Of a stretch of 64,000 nt of DNA, positions 18,855 to 30,000 are shown piece by piece. The stretch is taken from IMG/VR virus record IMGVR_UViG_3300009376_001085, positions 35,132-99,131 of that record; one strand, written 5' to 3'. The notes below the pieces were generated by a model. The model was not told where the DNA came from. It searched no databases and saw only the letters and a list, made by a program, of their open reading frames with translations. How positions within the stretch are numbered: position 1 is the first letter of the stretch; every line of letters begins with the position of its first letter. The DNA comes from a virus (Duplodnaviria > Caudoviricetes). Made by a program: the position numbers and the translations under genes.

Positions 18855-19998
18855 ATGTTTTATCTCCTGGCCACAACGGCATTTTAGTTCCCTGTTTACG
18901 TTTGGGTATTTTGCTATCCGCTGAACTTACACAACTATTACTAATACAAACTTTTGGGCCATCAAATAATTTAAAATCATTATAAATGTAACCTAATGGT
19001 TTATCGTCACAACTATAACTTCGTTTTATACTACCGTCTGGTTCTCGTATTATAATGCTTCTATGCCCACTACTACATTCCCACCCTTTAAAGTTATTAA
19101 ATTCAAAAGCATTAAACCGTTCTGCTTGGTCCATAAACCAATATTTTTTATTTTTATCTCTAAATTCTACTTGAAAATGTTGCGGTACATTATTATTTTC
19201 TTCCCAGTAAATTGGGTCGGGGCGTTTGACAAATGTTGGTTTAGGTCGTGTAACATGTTTATTTTTTGCTTCAGTAAATCCACGCTGAGGCATTCCATTG
19301 TGTAACTGTTCAAGCATCTTATCATCATATCCTTTAACTACAAAATTGGCGTGAGGATCACTTTGTGGCTTTAATGTAACATTAATACCACGTTCGTGAA
19401 AATACATTACTTCATCCATTATTTTCCAAAACCATTCAGGAACCATTACACAATTAATTGTTATCTGTACATCATGTTCTTGGCATAATTCTAATTTATC
19501 TGCTAATAGTTTACGCCGCTTTATTTCACTATTATACTCACGATGGTAACTGCATGTAATACTTGCTCGATGAAATGGTGCCGCGGCTTTCACATACTTT
19601 TCAAACCAACGTATGCCGGGTGAACAGTTGCTCGTCATATGTACAGATGTATAATTTGTATTTTTAATATCATCACCTAGATACTTGAGTATTTCAAGAT
19701 AACCAGGATGCAAAGTAGGTTCGCCGCCAGACAAACTAAAATGAAAACTATTAAATCCTCGCTCCCTAGCTTGTTTTTTAATTTTATCAATTGTTTCAAG
19801 ACATAATTCTGTAGGTCTATGGTCCTTATCATCGCTCCTCCCGTGTTCCCAACAATAACTGCAATGGTAATTACAAAAGCGGCCAAGCAACCAAGAGACT
19901 GTAAATAAATCTCTGTAGAGCATATTACGTTGGCCTACTCTTACAAGTTTATCAAATGGAATTTTAGTAAAATCGTATGTACTTGTTATTTTATTCAT
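18844..19998 (-). CDS. radical SAM protein with C-terminal Cys cluster
   Basis: CNYHCSYC, SGGEPT, C-terminal WECSSG...SYSC...CISNSCV. Confidence 0.9.
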   Translation of the reverse strand: MNKITSTYDFTKIPFDKLVRVGQRNMLYRDLFTVSWLLGRFCNYHCSYCWEHGRSDDKDHRPTELCLETIDKIKKQARERGFNSFHFSLSGGEPTLHPGYLEILKYLGDDIKNTNYTSVHMTSNCSPGIRWFEKYVKAAAPFHRASITCSYHREYNSEIKRRKLLADKLELCQEHDVQITINCVMVPEWFWKIMDEVMYFHERGINVTLKPQSDPHANFVVKGYDDKMLEQLHNGMPQRGFTEAKNKHVTRPKPTFVKRPDPIYWEENNNVPQHFQVEFRDKNKKYWFMDQAERFNAFEFNNFKGWECSSGHRSIIIREPDGSIKRSYSCDDKPLGYIYNDFKLFDGPKVCISNSCVSSADSKIPKRKQGTKMPLWPGDKTYEF

Positions 19999-20890
19999 AA
20001 TGAATGTATTTTGTTATTGCAAAATCTATATCAGAAACATCATTAAATAATTGAATATTTCTTTCTACCCATTTTTTATATTCTTCAAACAAGCCATCCT
20101 TAAATATATCTAATTGGTTAGGAGTAATAAAAGAAATATTAGGTTTAGTTTCTTTTATTTTATTTAATATTTTTAAATATTCATTAAACATATCATTCTT
20201 TTCAAACTCATTAAAACAAGCATCCGGATTTTTTGATGATGACATTAATTGAAGCATTTTATATACCGTACTCTCTTCTGGTAGACCATATGGTAGTTTT
20301 TGTTTTCTATTTTTTTTTACTTTTTTAATTAATACATCGTATGGTTCAGCTTGATCACCAACTTCTCTCGTCCTGTTCCTTTCTGTTACCTCTAATGTTG
20401 GCTCGTTTTGTTCTTTCCAATCATTATATCGGCAAAGAAATTCAAATTCATTTTTTACTCGTAAAATATGAACCCATAATATTCTTAAAGCAAAACTATT
20501 TGATACAAAAAAAATACATTTGGTATTTGGTAATATACTAGTTAAGTTATAATCATGATGGGCTAGCCAAAAAGTTCTTTCATATGATTTACCCCAATTA
20601 TTAATATAATATATATATTCTTCAGATTCGAGATCAATTATATCTAGATATTCTTGTTTTGTTTTAAAATATGTATCAAATGAGTATATATATTTCAATA
20701 GGTGTGTTTCTGGTTCGTCGGTTGCTTCTTTAAACCTATGCCCACTTACTTCTGGCCAACCTGGAATTGTGGTTTGGCTATGATATCTATTCCACGGTTT
20801 AGTTGAATACATTATATCAGGCAAAATATAACTACCTATAAATTCGCCGCCGGCTCCTGGCGGATATACCAATACAGTTTGTTCAGTCAT
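19991..20890 (-). CDS. hypothetical protein (N-terminal YPPGAGGEF loop)
   Basis: 299-aa ORF; N-terminal motif shared with 57363 and 50718. Confidence 0.6.
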   Translation of the reverse strand: MTEQTVLVYPPGAGGEFIGSYILPDIMYSTKPWNRYHSQTTIPGWPEVSGHRFKEATDEPETHLLKYIYSFDTYFKTKQEYLDIIDLESEEYIYYINNWGKSYERTFWLAHHDYNLTSILPNTKCIFFVSNSFALRILWVHILRVKNEFEFLCRYNDWKEQNEPTLEVTERNRTREVGDQAEPYDVLIKKVKKNRKQKLPYGLPEESTVYKMLQLMSSSKNPDACFNEFEKNDMFNEYLKILNKIKETKPNISFITPNQLDIFKDGLFEEYKKWVERNIQLFNDVSDIDFAITKYIHYE

Positions 20891-20904
20891 TAAGAATTGT
20901 TTTT

Positions 20905-21930
20905 TTATTCTCTCTCATTTATTTTTTCTAAAAAATATTTTGCTATCCAATTATGTGATAAATGGCCAGGATGTCCTAGTTCTCGTCCAACATCATTAGA
21001 ATCCATAGTATCAAAATTGCCTTCGTCAAACCATTTATTAAAAGGTATTTCTTTACTATCTGAATATAGATATACAAACTTCGTTACTCCATTTTTATTA
21101 CATAGATATCGAATTGCATCAATATTTTTCTTAGCATTAGTTTTTGATTGATATGCATTTGAAAGTTCGTATATTAGATAATATTTAAAATATTCACGTA
21201 TTTCTCTTGTCTGACCATGACTAACAGTACCAAGGTTTACAAAAGAAAACATTCTTGATTTATTTGCACAACTACTTGTGTCTAATCCTAACTTTTGTTG
21301 TTCAAAGTAATTATTAACTTTATGATCTATATCTACAAACGAACGTCTACCTACGTTTGGTCCTAGCATACATACATATTTGGGTTTTAAAATAGGTAAC
21401 CAATATGATGCATATGTATAACATGCATCGTGTCCGGCACCTGGTAATCCAAAATTCCAACAATTTAAGTCTAATTCTTTACTTATTTTAACCGGCCATA
21501 TATCATTATAATGCATTCCAGTTCCATATGTTAAACTGCATCCTAAGAACATAATACCGTCACCTTCGTATGGATCCGATGTTCGAAATCCGTGGTTATT
21601 ATAATAATAAGTTAATGCTTCGGGTGGTACAACTTCAGAACTATTAACCCATACCTCATTTTTATTCTCTTTGTCATATTTTGGGTCAATGTCTTTTATA
21701 AAATCATAATTAGATAGCCATCCGGCGTTTTCTAGTATAGATTTTGCTTTTGCATTTTTTAAGTGATCGTTCCAAGTATCTCTGTTATCGCCACAGTCCC
21801 ACAAATAAGTTCTATTTGTTTTCCAACTATATTCATGAAAGTATGGTATTTCTTCATTGTAATTAAATGCTCCGTCTTTCCACCAGTCAACTACTTTATC
21901 AAAATCTACTTTATTGGCGTTCATTGTCAT
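20905..21930 (-). CDS. SGNH/GDSL-like protein
   Basis: NNHGFR, FLGCSLTYG, NFGLPG, RELGHPG. Confidence 0.6.
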   Translation of the reverse strand: MTMNANKVDFDKVVDWWKDGAFNYNEEIPYFHEYSWKTNRTYLWDCGDNRDTWNDHLKNAKAKSILENAGWLSNYDFIKDIDPKYDKENKNEVWVNSSEVVPPEALTYYYNNHGFRTSDPYEGDGIMFLGCSLTYGTGMHYNDIWPVKISKELDLNCWNFGLPGAGHDACYTYASYWLPILKPKYVCMLGPNVGRRSFVDIDHKVNNYFEQQKLGLDTSSCANKSRMFSFVNLGTVSHGQTREIREYFKYYLIYELSNAYQSKTNAKKNIDAIRYLCNKNGVTKFVYLYSDSKEIPFNKWFDEGNFDTMDSNDVGRELGHPGHLSHNWIAKYFLEKINERE

Positions 21931-23216
21931 ATATACCTTTCAATTCGAGGATGAAGATAATCTAAAACATTTGTATTTCTAATTTTATCTTGCATAATTG
22001 TGTGTTTTTTAAAATGAAAGCGTAACTCATCAATACTATTAGGTTTAATAGTAGGATATGATTCTTCAGGAAATATTTCCCATATTGGTTCAGTTAAACA
22101 AGTCTGTACAGGCATTAATGTTTTTTCGATAAAATATTCATCCTTTATGTTACATTCTTTTATTAGATCATTAATTTCTTTTACTATGAACTTTTTATCA
22201 TCGTCAAATAAAATAGCAGGATGGAAATGAGGTGGTTCTTCACATGCTTGAATATAAGGGGGTGCAATATTATCACCTTGTTTATATAAATTATAAAAGA
22301 ATTTACCCCAGGTTTTAACATCAAAAATATTATACATTTGCAATACTAAATTTATAGATAAATGTACAAGATTTTCCATTTCACGTAATGAATATACATT
22401 ATTAATAACTTGATCCCATTTTGCATTTGTTCGTATATAATCATATGTTTTTCCGGTTCCGTCTAAACTTGCACAAACATTCAACTTTTTAAATTGTTTA
22501 AATAATTGCCAATGTTTATTAAAATTTGTACAATTAGACGTAATATTTAAATTTAAATCAGTATTACCTTCCTCTATTAATTTTTCCAAAAATGATATTG
22601 TATCGGGATCAACTGTAGGCTCGCCTCCTAAAATATTCAACCTTTTAATAAGTTTAAAATCAATAGTAGAAATAAATTTAATTATATCCATATTAGATGT
22701 TTCCTTACGCCATCGATCGCCTCGATAATATTGATGAATTTCTGGATTGGCTGTTACTTCTTTTAATATTTCTGTACTATTTCCTGGATCACACATACGA
22801 CATTTTAAGTTACAAACATTACCTGGTCTAATATCTAAGGCCAATGGTTGTTTAAATTCGTTACCATAATTTATATCATCTGTTACAGTACCTCCATCAC
22901 GTTCTATATATTCTAATCTGTCACTGCTCCATCCTTTTCGTTCTCTATCTCCACATACATGACATTCGATAGGTTCTTCGCCTTTTAATAATTTTTTCCG
23001 TATTTCTAAAAGTTGTTTATCTTTATAAAAAAATTCTTTAAGACGATTACTAGCCGGTATGCCAGATACTTTTTCACTGAATGCTGATCGTGTTTTTCGA
23101 CCCTCACAACACATTTTTATAGAATCCTTGCCAGCATTAATATAGATATGCATAAATGGTGCCGGGCAATAAAAATCTTTACGTATTTTTATTTTTTCAT
23201 GTAACTCTGATCTCAT
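21927..23216 (-). CDS. radical SAM protein with N-terminal twitch/SPASM-like Cys cluster
   Basis: CPAPF...CC...CHVC, then CNLKCRMC, LGGEPT, SLDG. Confidence 0.9.
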   Translation of the reverse strand: MRSELHEKIKIRKDFYCPAPFMHIYINAGKDSIKMCCEGRKTRSAFSEKVSGIPASNRLKEFFYKDKQLLEIRKKLLKGEEPIECHVCGDRERKGWSSDRLEYIERDGGTVTDDINYGNEFKQPLALDIRPGNVCNLKCRMCDPGNSTEILKEVTANPEIHQYYRGDRWRKETSNMDIIKFISTIDFKLIKRLNILGGEPTVDPDTISFLEKLIEEGNTDLNLNITSNCTNFNKHWQLFKQFKKLNVCASLDGTGKTYDYIRTNAKWDQVINNVYSLREMENLVHLSINLVLQMYNIFDVKTWGKFFYNLYKQGDNIAPPYIQACEEPPHFHPAILFDDDKKFIVKEINDLIKECNIKDEYFIEKTLMPVQTCLTEPIWEIFPEESYPTIKPNSIDELRFHFKKHTIMQDKIRNTNVLDYLHPRIERYI

Positions 23217-24589
23217 TCTAAATATCTTTTTAATTGTGGCGTAATCTCTAAAACATTTGTTTTTCGTATTTTGTCTGCTACTAATGTGTGACGAACAAAT
23301 TGTTCTTTATTATATTGAATATTAGGTATCATCCAACGATCTGCTCTTTTTTCTATATTTTCTGGTATGTTATCTGTAAATTTAGATTCTTTTCTATAAT
23401 GACTTACATCTTTATTAAGATCTGAATATACTTGTTGAAAACATTCTTGTTCTTTATCATTTATGTTATAGTCATATATTACTCTATCTATTTCGCTTCT
23501 AATAAAATCTTTATGATCTTCATCTAGCCAATGTACATTTAAATGCATTGGTTCAACTATCGGATGTAGTGCTGGTGGATCTATAAATTCAAACCGTCGA
23601 CTTTGTTCTATCATCCATGCAACATGATAATAGATATGAAATACGTTATATACATTTATAACACTATTGAATCCTATACTATAAATATTAGGTAACTCAC
23701 ATGCTTTTAAAAAGTTTGCGTGAACTTTTTTCCATTCACACCCTGTTCTACAATATTCAAATACTTTTCCTATTCCGTCAACACTAAATCTTAATTGTAA
23801 TCTTTTAAATTGAGAAAGTAATTCAACTGCTTGTTTAGGCCAAACTGTGCCATTAGTAATTATGTGTAATTTTATATTTTTAGCATCGCCATGGTCTACT
23901 AATTGCTTCCATATTTTAAAACAATTAGGATCTATTAACGTTTCGCCTCCAGACATTTTCAACCATCGAACATCTGTTAAATCATAATTTTCATATAACC
24001 TAGAATTATCTTGGTCCCAGTCAATAGATTCTGCCATTCTCATTTGCCATTTATTATCAGTATACATATCCCAATATGTGCCTTCTAATAAATCATGATT
24101 ATCTAGTACTTCTTTTTCTATTTTACTACTCCAGATGCTACAACAAGATCGACATTTAGCATTACATAGTTTACCAGGACGTAAGTCTAAATCAATTGGA
24201 TGGCCATATTTATTACCTGTTTTAATATTAAGCCCCATATCTTCTACTGTTAAATCTGCATCAGAATACTTCTCTATAAATTCTACTCTTGTACTTTCTC
24301 TATCAACTCCGATTTCTTCATAGTGTTTACAATAATCGCACGGACGAGATCCATTTTCGAGAACCGGCCATTCGTTATTTAAAAATGATTTTCGTATGCT
24401 TTTAATTTTATCACCAGTCCATAATCGATGTTGTTGGGCCGCAACTGAATCGCCTTTTTTAATTGCAGGAGTATCTATTCTATCTATAATATCACTCATA
24501 CAACATAATTTAAATGCACTATTCCCCATACTTGTGTACGTATGTAAAAACGGAGCAGGACAAAATACTTTTTTTAACTGTTCTCTCAT
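23213..24589 (-). CDS. radical SAM protein with N-terminal twitch/SPASM-like Cys cluster
   Basis: CPAPF...CC...CDYC, then CNAKCRSC, SGGET, TNGT, SVDG. Confidence 0.9.
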   Translation of the reverse strand: MREQLKKVFCPAPFLHTYTSMGNSAFKLCCMSDIIDRIDTPAIKKGDSVAAQQHRLWTGDKIKSIRKSFLNNEWPVLENGSRPCDYCKHYEEIGVDRESTRVEFIEKYSDADLTVEDMGLNIKTGNKYGHPIDLDLRPGKLCNAKCRSCCSIWSSKIEKEVLDNHDLLEGTYWDMYTDNKWQMRMAESIDWDQDNSRLYENYDLTDVRWLKMSGGETLIDPNCFKIWKQLVDHGDAKNIKLHIITNGTVWPKQAVELLSQFKRLQLRFSVDGIGKVFEYCRTGCEWKKVHANFLKACELPNIYSIGFNSVINVYNVFHIYYHVAWMIEQSRRFEFIDPPALHPIVEPMHLNVHWLDEDHKDFIRSEIDRVIYDYNINDKEQECFQQVYSDLNKDVSHYRKESKFTDNIPENIEKRADRWMIPNIQYNKEQFVRHTLVADKIRKTNVLEITPQLKRYLE

Positions 24590-27027
24590 AATTCAGCTTT
24601 TCGTTTTGCTTTCAATGCCTCACGAATTCCTATTTTAATATATTTTTCATCATCTTTAAAATGTAAACCGGAAGGTTGCCACCATTTATCTTTATCATGA
24701 ACCCATGGAAATTTTTTAGGTGCTAATGCCACATGCATACATTTTGTTTCGAATAAATCATATTCTTCACATAATTCTTGATGCCACTTCAAATATTTAT
24801 TTGGAATATAATCACAACTAAAATTTTTCATTTGATTAATTCCAAGAAAAGCCATTGAAAGAGTTAAATGATTATAATCATTTGTAATAGCAATAGATCC
24901 ATCTGTAAAATTACTATATCTTATTCCTATTCTTGAATGACCGAGTCCTAAACTTTTACTAAGACTAAAACAAACTTGAGTAATTGCAGGATGATTAAAA
25001 TCAAAATCAATATCATAACAAGTACCAAACCATGCACAATCAATTAACACTGGTATATTTTTTTCATGACAAGTATCTAATGTTTGTTTATAAAAAGGTA
25101 CTTTATTACCATTTCCACAAAAAGGCATGCTAATAATCACCCAATCATTTTCATCAAGTGGTTCTTCGTAACCATCATAAATGTTGTCTATAAATTTCCA
25201 ATTATCAACAATTCTTCTATGATAGTGATATTCACCTCTATAAAATCTTAGACGTCTATCTTTATATCTATAGTATGCTTCATCAAAACTTTGAGTAGTA
25301 CCAATTGTAATATCTCGCTCACTAAATCTATCTAAACCTCTTACAGTATTTAATTTAGTTGCACATATCCATTCATGGATAGTATCTAAAAATTCTTGCT
25401 TGCATTCCCAAAAACCAGGAGCTTCAAATTCTTTTCTCCATTCCATATCTCTTAGAGAATATTGAAACTTGGGGTCAAATACAGCATGATGTTTATCTTG
25501 AAAGTAATTGCCTTTACCCATCATAGAAATTATTTTATTAGTTTTGAAATAATTTTTTGAGTCTAAATGTTTAATTATAGGTTCTGCAATTTCTGGTAAT
25601 ATTTCTTCAAATTTTTGATCTCTATGTTTATCAAGAGCAATTGTTCTATCCATAAATTCCTCAATATATTTTGATTCGTCTTTAGCCCACATATAACTAG
25701 TAATTGAATTTAAACATTTTTGGGTAACATCAATAACATATTCCGGTCCTTTAATAGCTTCATAGTGTCTCCATACTTTCTTTTTATGTACTAAATTAGG
25801 AAATATGTTTTTTAAAAAGTTATCATATTTTTGTTGTACTAACTCTTTTGCCTCTAAAGGTAATGCTCTGATATTATAATATACGGGATTGTGTAAATGA
25901 TGCATACTAAAAAATATATGTTTACCATTTATATTGAATCTCTTAAAATTTTGAGCTATTTCCCATTCAATTAATTCTGGAATATATAATACATTAAAAA
26001 CTTGTACGGTTGTAGTAAACCATCCATTTATATTATCAGAGTTATCTATTTTTCTTAATGCTTGCTCAATTTTTTGAAAATTGCTAGGATATCTTATATA
26101 CTCATTTATATGTTTTATACCATCCACACTTCCGCCAATCTCGACTAACCTAAAGTGTTTCCATAAGTCAAAACATTTATCAGGTATATTAACTAGGTTT
26201 GAATTATAATCAAGAGAAATATGCTTGGCTCTATCAGTTTCAATTAACTTTTCAAGTAAATCATATTGAGCTTTAGCTAATGTTGGTTCACCACCACTTA
26301 TATGAATCATTTCAATATTGGGTGCATTTTCAACCAATTCATTAAAGATATCAGTTCTTTCATGCCAACTGTATGGATCAAATCCATCAATAACTACATT
26401 ATTTTTATTATCAAGTTTTAAATTAACATATTTGTCATTAGCACCATCATATCTAAACTTTTTCCGTCCAAAAGCATGATACCAATCCTCCTTCCATGGA
26501 CTACTTTCTGTTGGTCCACACATTCTACATTTTAAATTACATAAATTTCCTAATCTTACATCTGTATGTAAAATAGGTGAATTAGGTTTTAAAGAACCAT
26601 CAATATCAGTAAATTTATATGCATCTTTAATAGTAAAAGATTTTAGAATTTGTTTTTCAACTAATGGTGCTTCCCAAGAAGGACATTTTAAATTACCAGT
26701 ATTTTTATTACGCTCAGCTCTCATTTCATAACGACGTCTATCAACTACCCTTCTACTATTTTGACCTGCATCTTCTTCTTCGTTACATCGCTGACACACA
26801 GGATGTCTTTCTCCCTTTAACATAGATAATCTAACATCTTTTAAAAGAGAACAATTCATTGCTTCACTAATAGATGCATTATCAGCAGTCATTATTTCAT
26901 TATTATTTTTTCTGCATACACCTCTTGTTTCTCTATGGGTATTTGCCTGAACACACATACGATATTGACCATTATTATTAATACTGAAACTAGTCCATGG
27001 TACAGGACAATAACTTTTATTTTCCAT
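24586..27027 (-). CDS. radical SAM / PLP-dependent aminotransferase-fold fusion protein
   Basis: CPVPW...CQRC, CNLKCRMC, SGGEP; C-terminal ~310 aa with GTTQSFD, LIDCAW, FSLSKSLGL...RIG. Confidence 0.85.
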   Translation of the reverse strand: MENKSYCPVPWTSFSINNNGQYRMCVQANTHRETRGVCRKNNNEIMTADNASISEAMNCSLLKDVRLSMLKGERHPVCQRCNEEEDAGQNSRRVVDRRRYEMRAERNKNTGNLKCPSWEAPLVEKQILKSFTIKDAYKFTDIDGSLKPNSPILHTDVRLGNLCNLKCRMCGPTESSPWKEDWYHAFGRKKFRYDGANDKYVNLKLDNKNNVVIDGFDPYSWHERTDIFNELVENAPNIEMIHISGGEPTLAKAQYDLLEKLIETDRAKHISLDYNSNLVNIPDKCFDLWKHFRLVEIGGSVDGIKHINEYIRYPSNFQKIEQALRKIDNSDNINGWFTTTVQVFNVLYIPELIEWEIAQNFKRFNINGKHIFFSMHHLHNPVYYNIRALPLEAKELVQQKYDNFLKNIFPNLVHKKKVWRHYEAIKGPEYVIDVTQKCLNSITSYMWAKDESKYIEEFMDRTIALDKHRDQKFEEILPEIAEPIIKHLDSKNYFKTNKIISMMGKGNYFQDKHHAVFDPKFQYSLRDMEWRKEFEAPGFWECKQEFLDTIHEWICATKLNTVRGLDRFSERDITIGTTQSFDEAYYRYKDRRLRFYRGEYHYHRRIVDNWKFIDNIYDGYEEPLDENDWVIISMPFCGNGNKVPFYKQTLDTCHEKNIPVLIDCAWFGTCYDIDFDFNHPAITQVCFSLSKSLGLGHSRIGIRYSNFTDGSIAITNDYNHLTLSMAFLGINQMKNFSCDYIPNKYLKWHQELCEEYDLFETKCMHVALAPKKFPWVHDKDKWWQPSGLHFKDDEKYIKIGIREALKAKRKAEL

Positions 27028-30000
27028 AGTTATATAACTCTTCTAGCTCAGGAAATATTTCACAAAAATTTAATTTGCGAACTACTTCTAACTTTCTAAT
27101 ATATTCGTTTGTTAATGGCAATAAATGCGATAGGTCTTCTGACCACATAAAATCTATTAATGATTGAAGTTTTCTTATACCAGTTGGTTTTTCTAATGCG
27201 TCAGTATAATGCTCGAAATTTTGTTCTAACCATTTATACAAATCAGTATACTCGTCGGATGCTTTTTCTTTTAATTCTTTTGGCAAACATTTTACACTTA
27301 AAAATTTAGGATTGTATAAAAAATGAATTCCTATCATGCCACCATGAACAGGCCACTTGTTTATTTCTATTAATTCGGGTTGAGATAGTTTCCATTTTAT
27401 TAACTCTGGTATATGAATAATATTGAAAATACTAGCGGTAGTATCTATATTTAATCTGACATTTGGATTCTCTTTTGAAAAATTATTATATTTTTTTAAG
27501 TTTTCAAGCGTTAAATCAAATTCACTCGGATATCGTAACCATTTATGTTTTAGATTTATTCCGTCAATACTTGCGGCAACTTCGACAAAATTTAATCTTT
27601 TAAGAAGATCCAATAACTCATTATCGCATACCTGAATATTAGTATTAAATCTTAAATTCATTTTTGGAGATGCATATTCGATAAATTCTCTAAATTCATT
27701 AATTATAGTTGGTTCGCCCCCTAATATATAAGCATCATTCATAAACTTCTGAGTGGCTAACTCGTCCCATGTTACTTTGTTTTTATACCAATCATATCCA
27801 CCTCTTTGCTCCTTACCTTTAGACCATTCCATTTGTTTGTATAATTTATGGCTTATATTGTCAGAATTTATAATTGTTTTCCAATCTTTAACCCAATAAC
27901 TACTGTCATCGGGGTTACATGTTGCACATGCTAAATTACATTTATTCCCTAACTTTAAATCAACATAATGTATATTTGCAGGAGCAGATCCATCAGGTGT
28001 TGTATTCCAAACAATAGAATCATAATTTAATTTTGAAAACCATTTTTTATTTTCCCAATTTCTTTTACTATTATATCCAACTTCTTCTTCTTTATAACAT
28101 TTTTGGCATTCTCGAGGTTTCTCACCTTTTAACATTGCCAATCTAACATCTCGCATATATTTGGTATTCCACTGTTCCTTCCAATTATCGTGTTTTAAAT
28201 TAACCAATTCGCCGTTGTCTTTTCTGTTACAACCAACCATAGGATGATCTTCATCGCTTCCACTATTAGCAGTACAACATAATTGCATATTGCCTGTTGT
28301 TCGTGTACTAAGATGAATCCATGGAAGTATGCAAAATCCGTTGTTTTCTTTTTCCCAAGGTGCTACCGGAGCATTATCTAGATATGCAATCATTTCTGGA
28401 TCTAAATGATTGTGGTAGTCTTGTTTTCTATTTTTGTCAAAAAATTCTGTAAATTTTTTGAGTTCTTTATGTTTCAGATCTCTAATCGGTAAATTACTAT
28501 CAACGTTTTCTACAAAATTATTGAAGTATTCTATTCTTGGTTCTATTCCCGGAATACCTTTAACATCTTTTACAAATTTTTTATATGCTTTTTTTAGCAT
28601 AGATTTAGGTAAGAATAATGGATTTAGTTCGCTTTGTTCAGGAATCATTTGAAAATCAATACATATATCTATTAATTCAGGATTAATAAAACCACAATAT
28701 TTTTCATAAAAATTACTTGCCCATCGATAAATTTCTCCTAAATTAAAAATATTATATGGCTGAGCAACAATTGAAAAACCTATAAGTGCTTTTGGAAGGA
28801 TCTCATTTTCTTGGGCCAAGAAAAAAAGATTATTATTTTGACAAAATTCAAAAAGGTTTGTAATACTTTTATTCAATAAATTCCATGAAAAAGGATATCG
28901 TATATATTCATACACATCTTTTGTTCCGTCGACTGAAATTCGTAATCTTAATTGTTTAAATTGAGATATTTTTTCTAAAACCTCATTAGTAAATTTTGTT
29001 CCGTTAGTTGTTAAATCTAATTCGATATTTTTTGCGTAATCATGTTCTATTGCATAATCAACTGCATTTAAAAATTTTTTATTTATTGTAGGTTCGCCGC
29101 CTGTTGCTTTTAATACCTCCAATTCAGGTATTGCATTAATTACATCTTGTTCTAAAAATGGTTTTTCATTGGATTTATTTAATCGTTTAACATATTGTCG
29201 CTTATATGTATCTTTGTTTAATAATTCTGGTGTAGCATAACTAAAATGATCTGGTATTTGTTGTCCGTCTTCTACATAACTTAATATTTCCTTTTGATGT
29301 TGATCACTACTTCCTGTGCTACACATTCTACATGCTAAATTACAAGTCGAGTCATATTTTATATCTAAGTATTTTAATTTTGGTTTAGTAACATCTATTT
29401 TATCTATCAAATCTTTAAACCTAGAATTCATAGCAACTCTTAAACTAGATATACCAGAATCTTCTTTTTTCCAACATGCTGAACAAATTTTTGGTCGCTC
29501 ATTATTTAAAAATTGTGATCGTATTTTATTCATATCTGGACCATAAAAGGTATCTTCAATACCAATAACCGATGTATGAAGAATATCTTTTGGATCATTT
29601 GCCATAGAATAATCTTTTATATTTTTATTACTATCACAACATGGTCGATACCATCCCGCAACACTAGATGTTAAATGTATCCATGGAAGAACACACCAAT
29701 TCGGAGTCGGAATGGTTTCGTTTTCGTCTATAAACAATCTTCGTTCTGTTTTGTTTTTTTGCTTATTTTCTTTTTCTCCCAAGTAAATTCGTCTTTTATA
29801 ACTGTTAATTAATTCTATGTTTTTAGAATTATCGACATCAATTAAACCTAAGTCGGGAAGAAAGCCATAAACAAATACATTTGAGTTAAGATTTTTTAGT
29901 AAATTTTGTAATTTTATTGCGATATTATTATAATTTTGTTGGGCCCAAAGAACAAACTCATTACCATAAATATTACTTACGAAAAAAAATGTTTTGCCAG

